Assembly (NCBI GenBank): GCA_963924565.1 | Contig: OZ004609.1 | Location: 24,118,001 to 24,182,000, forward strand | From: Ascidiella aspersa | Lineage: Eukaryota | Length of the DNA stretch: 64,000 nt | Direction of reading: 5' to 3' | Shown: piece after piece, positions 24,301 to 37,400 of the stretch | Numbering within the stretch: the stretch's first letter is position 1 | Layout of the letters: each line of letters begins with the position of its first letter | Notes under the pieces: model-generated | The model's input: only the letters and a program-made list of their open reading frames with translations | Told to the model about the DNA's origin: nothing | Database searches by the model: none | Translations under genes and position numbers: made by a program

Positions 24301-27103
24301 TACACGGATGACGTGGATGAGCAGCAAAATGCAAGGCCGAATTCATCGAAACAACAGGCAGTCAGGTCTGCGCTGCAAGTTTTGCCATTGCACACGTTTA
24401 GCTCCGATGGGTAGGGCGAGGAACAATGCTCGTAGTTACCCATACAGTAAAGGCCGCCCCATTCGTCACGGCAACATTTCTGATATTCGCCACAAGTAGT
24501 TTCTCCGCAGGCTGTGCCTGTTAGATCGCCTGTACTAGTTATAGCTGTTGTTGTTGTTGCTGTTGTTGTTGATTGTCTACAAACAAGTCAAAGTTTGCAA
24601 CAAATACCAAAACAAATCAAGTCTTACACCTTCGCTCTATTTTTTTTAATTTGAAGACGACTTTGCCTTTACAATGTCTTTTGAATTTCAGATAGCGCCG
24701 ATTGAGTTGTTGTATGTGTTTAATTTTTGAAAGCCTACAATGTTTTTCAACTGGACTATAAATTCCAACACATGCGTTTTAATAATGGAAGTCATAAAAC
24801 TAAATGATAAATTCAAAGTCATTCTCAATTACTGTTTCTGTGATCGCTTTATGGCGCATTTTTGCCGTACTGCACTCTTTGGGATATGTTGCGCCATGTA
24901 AAATCATTTACTCTACAGTAGCATGCCTTACACAAACTAATATTTTTCGTTAAAATATCTAAGCAGTAAAATAGTGACTTTAAAGCAAGTTTCATAGCCC
25001 CGGGCGGGAACTTTTAGATTCACACGAAAAACTAAAAAATTAGTGCATCGTAACGACCACTATTATTTCTTGTGTGACCAGCGACAAGCAGAAATAGTCA
25101 TACGTACACGGATGACGTGGATGAGCAGCAAAATGCAAGGCCGAATTCATCGAAACAACAGGCAGTCAGGTCTGCGCTGCAAGTTTTGCCATTGCACACT
25201 TTTAGCTCCGATGGGAAGGGCGAGGAACAATGCTCGTAGTTACCCATACAGTAAAGGCCGCCCCATTCGTCACGGCAACATTTCTGATATTCGCCACAAG
25301 TAGTTTCTCCGCAGGCTGTGCCTGTTAGATCGCCTGTACTAGTTATAGCTGTTGTTGTTGTTGTTGTTGCTGTTGTTGTTGATTGTCTACAAATAAGTCA
25401 AAGTTTGCAACAAATACCAAAACAAATCAAGTCTTGCACCTTCGCTCTATTTTTTTAATTTGAAGACGACTTTGCCTTTACAATGTCTTTTGAATTTGAG
25501 ATAGCGCCGATTGAGTTGTTGTATGTGTTTAATTTTTGAAAGTCTACAATGTTTTTCAACTGGACTATAAATTCCAACACATGCGTTTTAATAATGGAAG
25601 TCATAAAACTAAATGATAAATTTAAAGTCATTCTCAGTTGAAAAACTTAGGTACCTACGCTAACTTTACGCTCCCATGTTCTAGTGTTAGGGTTTTATTC
25701 ACTTCATTAAAACTGTTTAGCAGCTTCTGAATACCCTGGCCTAAAGTCCCAACAAGGCCGCTTTTCGCACTTTGCGTTAACTTTTTGTTTGTTTGAGTGC
25801 CGCTATACGTATGTGGAGTCAATGGCCTCACAATTGGTTTGCCGAATATACGTTGGTGAATATCATCATATATCAAGCAACGTGCGAATACTTTTTGGTT
25901 GTCCAATGTGTTAATTGTTTTTTTTTTATGTTTTCGTCAGGTATTCAAGGTTAAACGCCATTAAAAGAGCGGTCAAACTCTTACGATTTACCTCAAAGAA
26001 TTTATTTAATCACTAATAAGGCCGGTAATATATATTTTTTTATTTTTGACAATTACTGTTCTGTGACTTCTTTTTTGCAGGTGTAGGAATTCCAAAAAGC
26101 GACGTAAACGCACGTCATCCCGGCCCCATCACAGTCAGTGCACAGATTTAGAGATGTTGTTGTTGGGTTTGCGTCTGATGTCGATGTGGTTTGCCTAAAT
26201 ATCAAGTTAGAAAATGTGAACAATAGTTTCAACAAGATAAACAGTTTGTTTGTTTAATGTACATAAAAAATTCCAATTGTTGTTTTCCATTAATGGACTG
26301 AACCTACATCATGAACATTTAAACACTATCGATATTTTGTTGAAAGGTAGGGAGGAGATATTGAGCAAACAGTACCCATTAGACAACATACTTGTTGCAA
26401 CAGTTAGGGGTGCTCAAATCATAATAATCTTCCCATTTGTCGCAACAGATTTGATTTTCAGAACAAATTTCCTCGCCACACTGAACGATTGTCGTTGCGT
26501 GTGAGGCTGTTTCAGCTGTTGTCTCAATTATTGCTGACTTTGTGGCAGCTTTGCTTGTTTCTTCTTGGGTATTGAGATCAGTGGCATTTGGGCTTCCATT
26601 GACTAGTAAACACAAAACTGAGGTTGGAAAAAGTATGTAAAAACGGCGTTTCTAGGCCACACAGAAAAAAAAAATTGGCTCAATTTTTACCCCACCACTA
26701 GTTGGTAATTAATTATATCAATGTTGTACAAACAAGTGATTTTAAAATCGCAAAAGTCCAAGTCAAGTCATTTGCATACAAAACAAGTCACATTCCAGTC
26801 TAACTCATTATTATAATAAGTCAAGTAATTTGTTTCCTCTTTAATTATAAAATTATTAATTGATCAACTTATCTGATTGAGCTATGTTTTTTCAATATTT
26901 GAGAAGTTAGTTCAGGTCGTTTGTTTAAAAAACTTAAATCAAGTCACGTTTAAATCAATCATTAAAAACTAGTAACTTGAGTAGTACATTTAAGTCAAGT
27001 CATTGACTAAATTAATTACAACACTTTTTATTTACGGCATATTCTCACCTGAAACAGATACGCTACAAATTAAAAGTAGCAGAGCTGCTTTGAGGAATGA
27101 CAT
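21378..27103 (-). CDS. Single-pass membrane protein with repeated small Cys-rich modules, Thr-rich linkers and a cytoplasmic PPxY motif (WBP1/VOPP1/Shisa-like architecture), about 522 aa
   Basis: Exons 27103-27049 (signal peptide MSFLKAALLLLICSVSVS), 26602-26392, 26194-26057, 25386-25108, 24576-24304, 23199-22966, 22763-22656, 22571-22420 (TM FIVLPIALIVVLLAVL then RVWVRVRNRR), 21496-21378 (ends APPAYDDIA*). All phases are compatible. Confidence 0.8.
23640..23925. repeat. Purine-rich degenerate 12-bp minisatellite
   Basis: Repeated gaagagttg(g/a)a-like units within an intron of the Cys-repeat gene. Confidence 0.7.
24161..25636. repeat. Recent direct duplication of about 670 bp (24161-24827 and 24965-25636), each copy carrying one coding exon
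   Basis: Copies are near-identical, introns included. In the exon they differ by 2 substitutions and a 6-nt (2 Thr) indel. Confidence 0.95.
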
Positions 27104-28530
27104 TTGATAATTTACACAACAATAATTCCTTTGTAAAAAATCTACAATTAAAATATCGATACCGTTAGGAACATCAATCAGCATTATGGAGGTACACAAA
27201 ACCAAACTGCGGAGACCACTGAAGGCATAAATTCTTACGTATTGCCAGACTGTCAAATCCCTGTGCAACATAACTACGACCAACAGTGACTATCAGGATT
27301 TACCAAGCCTCTTTCACAGTTAATTAGCGTTTGTTTAAATATCTTATTTTAATAAATAAGGGCTGTCATTGATTAGGAAAGCGGTCCACTATTTTCTCGG
27401 TTTTTATCGTTTAGGCTACATATAGCATAAAACTAAAAACTATAATTTAAACTGCTGCTGCTGGAAAAAGGAACCGAAAGCTCGTGATCTAACGTAGGCA
27501 ATCAATTTGCTATACGGAAGAACGTGCCCTTGGGCGTTCTGTCTGCGCTGTGTGCTGGAAACGAAAATACACAGCCGAGGCATGACCGAAGCTGATCTAA
27601 AAATATATCAAGATACTGAATCACGTGAAAGGGTATGAGCGCATTTATCCGAACTAGAAAGAAAGTTGTTGGTAATGTTGGTATCAGGGCGATCTTCTTT
27701 TGAATAAATTTCGAAACGAAATCCACAGAGGCGACATTTGTATGTCACATGGTTCTAATTAAAAGTTGAACTAGAACTGTCATTTGCATTACAGGTGCCT
27801 TCCTTCAGTTGTAAAAGTTTTATCGGCGACGTTGACTTGTAACATTTGGTCGTAGTTTTGCAACAAGCGACTATACAGAAAAATGCGCCTTTTTCTAAAA
27901 AAGAATCAGGTTTGGTTACGGTTTGGGTAAAATTTCTGTAAAACCAGTTCATAAATTCTCTCTGGTTTATATTGACCTAAATTAGACTTGTAAAACAAAA
28001 CGAACAGTATAAAGGGCGAACATGCCTTACACACACTAATATTTTTCGTTAAAATATCTAAGCAATTCAAATTAGATCGTTTGCGAACAGAAAATTCCCT
28101 AGCAAGATGGCTGACCTTTTTCTTCTGGTGAAACGCACTTAAGCCTAGTTGTGGCACACTTTTTCAATGTCATACAAAAATAAGTCCTGTTTAACTTAAA
28201 CCACTTTCCCATAACTGTGACCTAAGTTACATGCAGCTTTAATCTGTGTTACATCAGCAGACGCCTTTCGGAGCTCGTACTAGTTAAGGCTGACAAGCTT
28301 CCGCTGAAGATTTCCAATAATATTGGATTGGAGCAGTCACCACAAGAGGTCGACCCACGATTTTTTAAGACGTCATGAGACTTTCACCCATGGCGTCAAA
28401 AAGTTGCCGTTTAACATCATGTCAGAAAACAAGCAACCTAACAAAATGTCCTAGGTTTAAGCTTTGCGCGAATTTGCCACTGAATTGGAGTCTAAAACCA
28501 TTAACGAACGTCATTGCAAAGCGCTCGGGC

Positions 28531-30585
28531 TAGGGTTGCAAAATTCCCGGGAATTTTCAGAGCCGAACTTTTCCATGGAAATTTTGGCAATTAACGGGAA
28601 TTTTAGGAAATTTTCGGAAACTTTTAAAACATTCTTAGTTTGATATTGAAACAGGAAAATAATGCCCTTAAACTGTTTAGATTAAAAGTACTAACTAAAA
28701 TACTTAATAACATACAAACACATGGTTTACTTGAGGGTGGTCCAAACCCAGGCCCGCGGGCCACATGTGACATCATTTTTCGTGGCCCGCGAGGACTGTT
28801 GAATTATTGCACTGCGTACCGTTGACTGTTTAATCAAAGAAATCTAAGTGACAAACGAACAGTAAGAATACTGCAATTGTTTGGTCATCATTACATTTTT
28901 CCAGTTATACCATGAAATAAACCAGTTTCCTATCGCTCACTAAATTCGCATCCAGGGAGTAGCAAGGACGCCAAGTTTGGTATGTGTTATAATTAATGAC
29001 TGGTTTGAGCCGCAGTCTTATACGAAACTTTCTTTAATGTTTTTTTTTGCCACCTTATAAGTTATATTTGCGTTTTATGTTCCCACGTTTAAATATGAAC
29101 ATAATATAAAAACAAAGACCCTATATAAATTACTATTTTTGTCACTTTTAAAGTAAATGAACGATAAAATATATTGCGCTGCTGTAAAGTATTGTTTTAC
29201 AGGTTTTCACTGTGACCTTAGCCTAACGCGCTGACCCATTCCAAGATAAAATTTCAGCTAAATTGATCTGGTTAAAACCTTTTTGCGCAAAACGAAAACG
29301 TCTTTGTATTTGGCGATTGTGTAGTATGCAACATCTCTCATAATTTTTTTTGTTTCCGTAAACATTCTACGCTTATAAAATGCTGTCTTCTAACTGAAAA
29401 GTATTGTCAAATACGCAAAAATTTTCGCGCTTCGCGCGCACCATTTTCCACAGTCTCATACCCTACGATTTCATTGCTCACAAGTTCGACGATAGTAGCA
29501 AGTTTGTGAAACTTATATGTCTTGGACGATTATTTGTGACGTTTCACGCCGTCGTACGAATGTAACCTTATGTTTGTGGCCCGCAAAGAATATGCAAGAA
29601 ATATTGTGGCCCGCGATGCTGTCAACGTTGGACCACCCTGGTATAGTTTATTAACTGCAAAAATGAATCAAAACCAATCTGTTTTTTACAAACAACACAG
29701 ACCGGTCTGGGCTAAAATATCCCCAGCTTACGGTTGTTAAATGTTTAACATTTGTTGTTTTGTCAGTTACAAAGTCGTTGTACTAGTTCCAGGGGTCGGC
29801 AACCTACGGCCCGCGGGCCGGATCGGCCCGTCAAAAGTAATTCATCCGGCCTGCCGCCTATTTGACAAAATAGACACGAGTCCATTTCCCATACTTTTTG
29901 ACTATTTTAACTACGTAAGTGCGAAACCTTTCCCGCTATGCGCGAATTATCTTCATACATCCGGTTGATCTTTCATACATCCGGTTGAAATTTAAAAGAA
30001 ATACAGATATTCCAAAAAAAAATCGCACTCAGCTCGCCAGGTACACCCAGACTTGAAAACTTAGCAAATATTGAATTACCAATAAAGTTATCTCGTTTCT
30101 TCACTTTTCATTAGTTGTATGGATGACGACGTGTGGACTCGAATTTTACACCAAACAAACGCTTTTTTCGCGCTTTGCGCCAACACTTTACTGCCTCATT
30201 AAATGTAGTTAAACACGTCTTTAAGTGCAAAAAAACGCTCCCGCCTGATATACAGTTGTTCTAACATTTTAATAACACAATTCTTCGTTAACTTATTGTG
30301 CGGCCCCAGAGACCTTTCTTAGTTTGGTTTAGGCCCGCAACTAGAAAAAGGTTGCCGACCCCTGTACCAGTTGCTGCCGGTTAGCATCTCCTCCTGCTCG
30401 TCTAGCTCAAGATAGGTTTTCAATATTTTTTCTGGTTAATGAAATATTTAACAAATGTTTTAAACATAATAAATGCCAAATTTCAAAATTCCCAATATTC
30501 CCATTTTTCTCGGTTCCTTCAAAATTCCCGGAAACTTTCCAGGAAAGTTTCCAACATCCCAAAACGTTCCACCCCTTTACAACCC
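28531..30585. mobile_element. Nested MITE cluster: outer tagggttgc-type element containing two hAT-type MITEs (28733-29640 and 29790-30364)
   Basis: Outer ends tagggttgcaaaattccc / tttacaaccc. Inner TIRs agggtggtccaa / ttggaccaccctg and caggggtcggcaacct / aggttgccgacccctg, with imperfect 8-bp TSDs. Confidence 0.7.
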
Positions 30586-31468
30586 GGGCAAAGCACTAAA
30601 AATATTATCGTTTATTTCGTTTAAATTGAAAAATAATATTTAAGAAAGAAGCATATAAACCAAGTAGGGCCTAACGCCTTTTCTGTTGTAGCAAAAATAT
30701 ATTTATTACTTTTGATAAAAAAGTTTATTTCGATCGACCCTTTTATTTTACCGATAATACGTTTTGGGGCTAAATGAAAAGGAAACAAGGCTTTGAAATC
30801 TGTAATAGAATTTTGCTACAGTAGTCAAGCAACATTTGTGATGAGAAGCTCTGCTATTAAAAAATGAAAGCGCTTATATTATGACTTGTTAGTACCTTAG
30901 TCCTTTATGTTTTTTTATCAATTTATTCCCAATGTTTATTACTTACCATAAACAAATTGAAGCATTGGAACACAATATATCAAGAATTTTAACCAGAACA
31001 CAAACATCGAAAAACGTAAAAAGTCGTCAATCGACTAATTATTACAACACATTGCAAATATAGTCTCTTTTCACAATACACAACGATCTTCAGTAACCGG
31101 TTCTATGTTTAAAGATAATATCAAGACACCCATTAACTTTTTTCTTTCAGTCTCGAAAATGGACGGCCAGTTTTCTCGGTAATATATGGTCATTACGGTA
31201 GCGTGCTTACTTTCTGGTCCTAGCATATATGGTAAACCTTCCTAGACAGGTTCTTGCTTCAAGGATCTGTTATGACTAGGGATGTTTAAAGTGTAATCCC
31301 AGGGTTTCTAGAATATAGGTTTGGAATCTAGAAAAACGAATTCAGAATATCGAATCCTATAAATATTTGATTATTTGACTTTTTGGTTATAAATAGTATA
31401 TTACCATATGGGCAAAGTGCAGTGGTTATGTTTAATCTAGAGTTAAGGTAAACAATTTTATTTTGACC

Positions 31469-34400
31469 CTAGGCCGAGTCAGACATTGGTTTGGGGCCGA
31501 CATAGGGAGGATTTTGATGATCTAAGCCTGGAGTTTTACCGCTGCCATTTGCCGTCGTTTTTTGTCCGGTCTTTCCAGTCTGCTGTAATGCTATTTGGTT
31601 TCTTTTGTCATTGGAGCCCAAGTCCGTTTGCTTTGTTCTCCACGCCGACCCACTTTTGATTAGTCGGCTGATCAGGTTATCGATAAAGTTTGAGTAGAGG
31701 ATCGGGTTGAACGCACTGTTGATGGGCAGAAGTACGATTGCTGATATTGCGTACGAAATACTGTCTATCTGCACTCCGCCGAAGTTTAAAAACACCATAA
31801 TCGATAAGGGAATCCAACAACAGAAATCCGTGGCGATCAAGCGGAGTACCTTGCGTTGAAGTTCTATTGCAAACAAACAAACAAGTCGTTATGTGTACGG
31901 CAGGTTAGAACGCTGAAAACATATCCTTGTTTCGCCAAACTATGGCCATACTCACTTGAATTTCGACGTGCGACACTTTTTGCTCTCGCCTGGCCGTTTT
32001 GACCCCTGCGTGCCGCAATCATAATGCCAACATAGGTAAGTGCAACAAATAAAAAGGCCACAAAGTTAAAGATGGAAATGGGCAAGGAGAAAGGCCACGA
32101 TCGGTCGCTGCGTGTCACAAAGAAGTTAGGGATGCAGACACTGTTGGCGCTATAGTACCTGCAAAAAGTTTGGATTTTTCAATGTAGTGTTTAAGGCAGC
32201 AAATACATTTATTTTGACTCCATTTGGCAGGCACAACCTGCGGTTTTTTTTTACCACTTAAGGTTGCATGGGGCATGACCCCCCCCCCAAAAAAAAAAAA
32301 CATTTAAACATTTTAAAAACAAATCAGCGCAAAGGCAGAAAATATATGCGAGTTTTAAACTAAATAAAATACCTATATAACTTTGTAACCGAACGGATTT
32401 AATAACTTCACGACAATTAAAATAACTTCGCGCTTTTTGAGAAGCTACTCCAGGAAGTCATGACCACAACAAAAACAAAGAATAATCCATAATTATAATA
32501 CATATTTCATATTACAAGTAAGGCGCCTTATGGACAGCACAAAATTTAAAGAATTGTCAACCGTATGTCCTAACATTTTTTTACGCAAACAATTTACCCA
32601 AAATAGTGTTCTATCCCGAAAAAATCTTCCCCGGGGGCGTGTTGGTCCAAAAAGTCAACGAGCGCTTTCCACGACGCGACACGCGACAGCTCCTCGAGGT
32701 CGCGCGAAGTTAGCGTCGCAAAAACGGGTGAGTAGTTGACCAACGATTCTACAAAGTCTTTTGCGTCGGGAAAATCAACAACCAAGCTCCCAAACAACGG
32801 GTTGTTGCCATTTACTTTTGCCACGTCGACGAAGTAAGCTTGGAGTGTTATATTGGTTGGGAGAAGAGCGAGCAGCAACGATAGCATCCAGACCAGTAGA
32901 ATGAGGAAGACAATTGTTCCAGTTGAGGGGCTCGTCGAACTTTTAAACGGCTGAAACAGCAAAAATACACGCCCTTTAAAATGCACTTAACATTCACTGT
33001 TTTTTATATAACAATAGAACATACAGAAGAATCTCTCAGGATAATAAAAACAAATATCAGTAATATTCTTCATAATTGTCTTTAAGTTTCTCTAAGACTT
33101 ATCTATTCTTAAATGGAGTGTCTTAATCTAGAATATTCAACTGTTTTTTATAGTACACACATTGCAAAAATAATGTTAAGCTCATCCTTGAGGACCTTCG
33201 ACGTAAGAAAAAGAATCATGTAATTGAAAATTTCTTACCTTAGTTACTGAGTACAGACGACTAACAGTGAGCAAAACCATGTTCATCACCGACATTTCAC
33301 TTGAGAGAAATACCAGAACACCCATCGCTGTGCACGCATTGCTATTAAGCCATTCTAGAGATTTGGAGCAGTATACGTTGCTATAAACGGCTCCGACTAT
33401 ACCGAGCATTAAAAGGTAAACTCCCATCAGCAGGTCGGAAATAGCTAGATTAAGAACGATCATGTGATTGGCTCGTTTCGACGCGTTTCCTCGACGTTTG
33501 AACATCTTCGTGAGTTTCTTGCATTCGCCAAAAATTACAACCTTTTTAGGAAAAGTAACGATAGCTTCTTGAGCTCTCCAGGTAATATAAACTCCCTGAT
33601 CACTCTTTAACAAAACTGGATTAACCTTGAAATGGCCCAACAGTAGTCTGGCTTCATAAAACACATTATAACTTAAAATAATACATTGTTGAAGTGACTG
33701 CTCCATTTTGGCTATAATTACCGGACTGAAAGTCAAAATGTGCATTCTTGCAAAGTGAAATAACTTATTTGACCAGATGGCCTTATAATTATGTCCAACT
33801 CGTACTTGTCAGTCTTACAACTTGTAGTTGTTTTAAAGTGTCCTATATTGTCTAGAAATACAAAGTACATTTGACAATCTTTAATTATAATGACATGTAA
33901 AGTAACCGAAGTAGGCTACACTTACTGAATTTCCAAAGATGGCGAGCAGGGCCATGATCCACACAGCCGACCTCAGCATCCAATTGCCGATCAGTTCCTT
34001 TCTTGATGAAAGTACGTTTAGTCCTTCTGTAATTACGGTGCTTGGACATTCGTCACTCCAATCCTTGCAGTCGTGCACCCCGTCAAATAACTATTTTTAT
34101 AACAGTTCGAGTCTGGAGTTTTCTTTTTAACTCATTTCATTTTAATTTCTTGTTGCAATAAGGGCGACACTATGCCGATATTGCTGCCTTGTGCGCTTTA
34201 TTTAAAAGGTTGACTATTATCATAGGGTTAAAATAGAAATGTTGTATAATAGCTGTTTACAAATAAGGAGTAGTGCAACAACACAAAGAGTTTGTGTTTT
34301 AAGTGAAAGACGCTATTTCACCTTTAATTTTAAATTCTAACCGATTTACACTCTACTACATTGCAAAAAATTTACTTTGTAAATACAATATTTTTTCGAA

Positions 34401-37400
34401 ATGATGCACCATGCTATTATAGACCTACCTACTTTTTACATAACTTAATATGTTAGGCCTACTTCTGGACTTGTACGCCCGATTTTACCTTGTTTTTTGC
34501 AACAAACATGGGATTTCCATCCTCGCAATAAAACCTCCCATCGTTGGTGCAATTCATATCGTCCTCGGCTTTGTCGCAGTTGATGTTAAAATCACAAACA
34601 ACGTCATTAGGGACGGATACCTTGAATCGAAATATCATTCAATCTTTTAAACTATTCGCTAATTCTGAACCAAATGTTGGTGCAAAATCTAAAAGATTTG
34701 TTGGGAAAGTAAATGCCTTAAAAAGATATGCCATTATGGACGAAATACATTTATCGTTTTTTTTTTATCTTATAATCACTGAAATTATGGCATAGTCTAT
34801 ACTCTATAACGAATGTTTGCAAAATTATTCCAATTCTAATAAGATTATAGTGAAACGCTGTAAAGGCTCTTGAAAAATCTTATATTGCAAACATATATAG
34901 CAGGGGTGGGCAAATTTATTCAACCGAAGAGCCATTTGCAGAAAATACAAGTACCAGAGAGCCACAAAAATACTTCAATACAAAACCGGTAAATAATGCA
35001 AGTTCAGCAATAATAAAAGAATTGCATATAACAAAGCAACACGCACATTATTTATCAATATTAGTCTTTTGTTTGATTTGGTAATCTCAGAAACCTTAGC
35101 AATGAAATTGATTTGGCTTGCAGCAACTAACTCTTTAGTGCCACGTCATAACCGAAATGCTGGCCTAAATAAAGAAATAAAAAGAGAACAACGTTCATAA
35201 ACGGTACTCTTGGTGGCCTTTACTTTTATTTGGAATTTTACGATTCGACTAGAAGAGCCACAAAAAACTTGCCGGAGAGCCGCATGCGGCTCGCGAGCCG
35301 CAGTTTGCCCACCCCTGATATATAGTTTCAGATTAAATAGAAATTAATATTTTTTACCTCACTCTGTTTTGATAGTTTGTGATTTAATTACATTGGGACG
35401 AAAAGCAAATTATCATGAAAGTCATATAACTGGGTGTACGTATCGCTCTCTACGTTTTGAAAAAACGGCAACTACTTACCTTTGAACCGTGCCTCGAAGA
35501 ACAAAAGAAACGATCAACCTTGCACAAAGTTCGGTTTTCGTCGGACGCGTCATCGCAGTTCACCACGCCATCGCATACCTGGTGCTCCTCAATGCTTACC
35601 AAGCCCTTGCTGGGACAGTTGAACCTCGTGCAATTATACTGAGCGCTCTCGTCAGCCATATTTGCACAGTCGATTTTCCCGTCGCAATATCCGTCCGCAT
35701 TGTTCATTATGTGTATCTCCGCTAGTATAGAAGATGAAACCACCTGGGTGTCAAAACACGCCAGTAAAATCGATTTTGAGTTATGTAGGACTTGTACGCT
35801 AAGTTTGTAAAAGTCCGATTGACTTGTAAACGCATATCCGTTTTTAAACCATTATTGATTCAAAGCTAAAAACACGTATATATCAACGCATGTCGCATAT
35901 GCACCTAAACGGGTAACAAAAGAGACAGCTGAATTTGTGGTGTAATCTTCCCCACAGCTTCGAGTTTAGTTGTGAATTGGCTTATGGATGCACCATAAAT
36001 TTATTGTTCTGTCACCGTCACTGATATTTTGGTATTTGGTAGATTTTTTTCGGAAAGAAGACCAATAAATAAGACAATATGCTAGTTTGTTATACGCCAC
36101 AAAAAGGCTCTGCTCATTCATTATTGTAGCCATATTTTGTACGTAATGGTGCTTTTAAGGTATGGATAAGTAACGCCGTTATTCGTTGGTGTTCTCTGCT
36201 TAATATCGTTTACTATATTTTTTTATTTAGTTTCCACCAATGTTTATTTATAAAACGTAATAAGAATAATAAAATAGCTATGTTGAAAATGAATAAAGAG
36301 TTATTCGAAACGTTCAAGATGATACCTACTTCTGTATGAACTTTAATATTCTTATTACATCTTACTACAACCTCCAACCATTATGCTCCAAAGTTTATTT
36401 ATAAAGTTTTGTGTATTGACAAAATTTATAGAACTAGGACAAAATACAGGCAAACATTACATCGGCCCCCAGCGTCTACACATAGGCTGTTTGCCAGAAA
36501 ATATTGTGGCCAGTATGACGTGTTAAGGTTTAAAACTGCCAGAGGTTTTAACTATACCTGTTTTTCACACTCGATTGTAAACTGTTCGGGTGTTGGAAGT
36601 CGCCAATGAGGAACTGTACAAGTGACATTTGCTGGTTGGTCACAGTTGCCTGCACACTCGTCTTCGGGGAATCCCGGTTCTACTTCCCATTCGGAACCAG
36701 CAGGGCCCGAGCTCGGACAGTCGCCGAAACCGTCGCAAAATTTTCCACTCGGTGAAGAACACTCTTTCTCACACCTGTAGAGAAATGCCATTTTCTATTG
36801 ATTGGGTTTAATATTGGGCTTTCGAAACATAAACTCAAATGTTTACGCGATGTCCTATTAAACTTGAGCCAACATATGCTTGGTAGCATATCATGAGGTT
36901 GGGTACTTTTTTGGAATTATTACTACATCATTTAAAGTATTGCGTTCTTTTTAAAGAAATTTGTTTTATTGCCGACAACACTAAGCAGTTTGTTGGGAAT
37001 GAAAATTCCTATGAAATTTTAAATTTAACAGCATGTTTTACATTCCTGGAGTGTTAAAGGTTTTTTTAAACAAGTCGCCTGCAATTTCGCCTGCAATCTT
37101 ATCGATATTAAGTACGATATCTGCTTACAGTTTTTGATTAATTGGCAATATTAAGAGAACGTACCAGTAGCTTGTAAACATACTACCATCTAACGTAAAG
37201 CTGTGTTTTACCTAATTTAAAATTATTAACATATTTATTATTAAAATCCAACTCAAATTTATTAATAGACCTCTCACCTACATACTTCTCCAGCGTTTTC
37301 CTTTTTTCCATGCCGACAAGGCAAAGTCCCACCACAATAAGTAAACCTAGAACATATAGTTATCAATTAGCAAAACAAGTTGAAAGTAACAACTTTTAGG

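Noticed and set aside
24239-25303. Twin 86-aa plus-strand ORFs
   Set aside because: Antisense reading of the duplicated Cys-rich exons.
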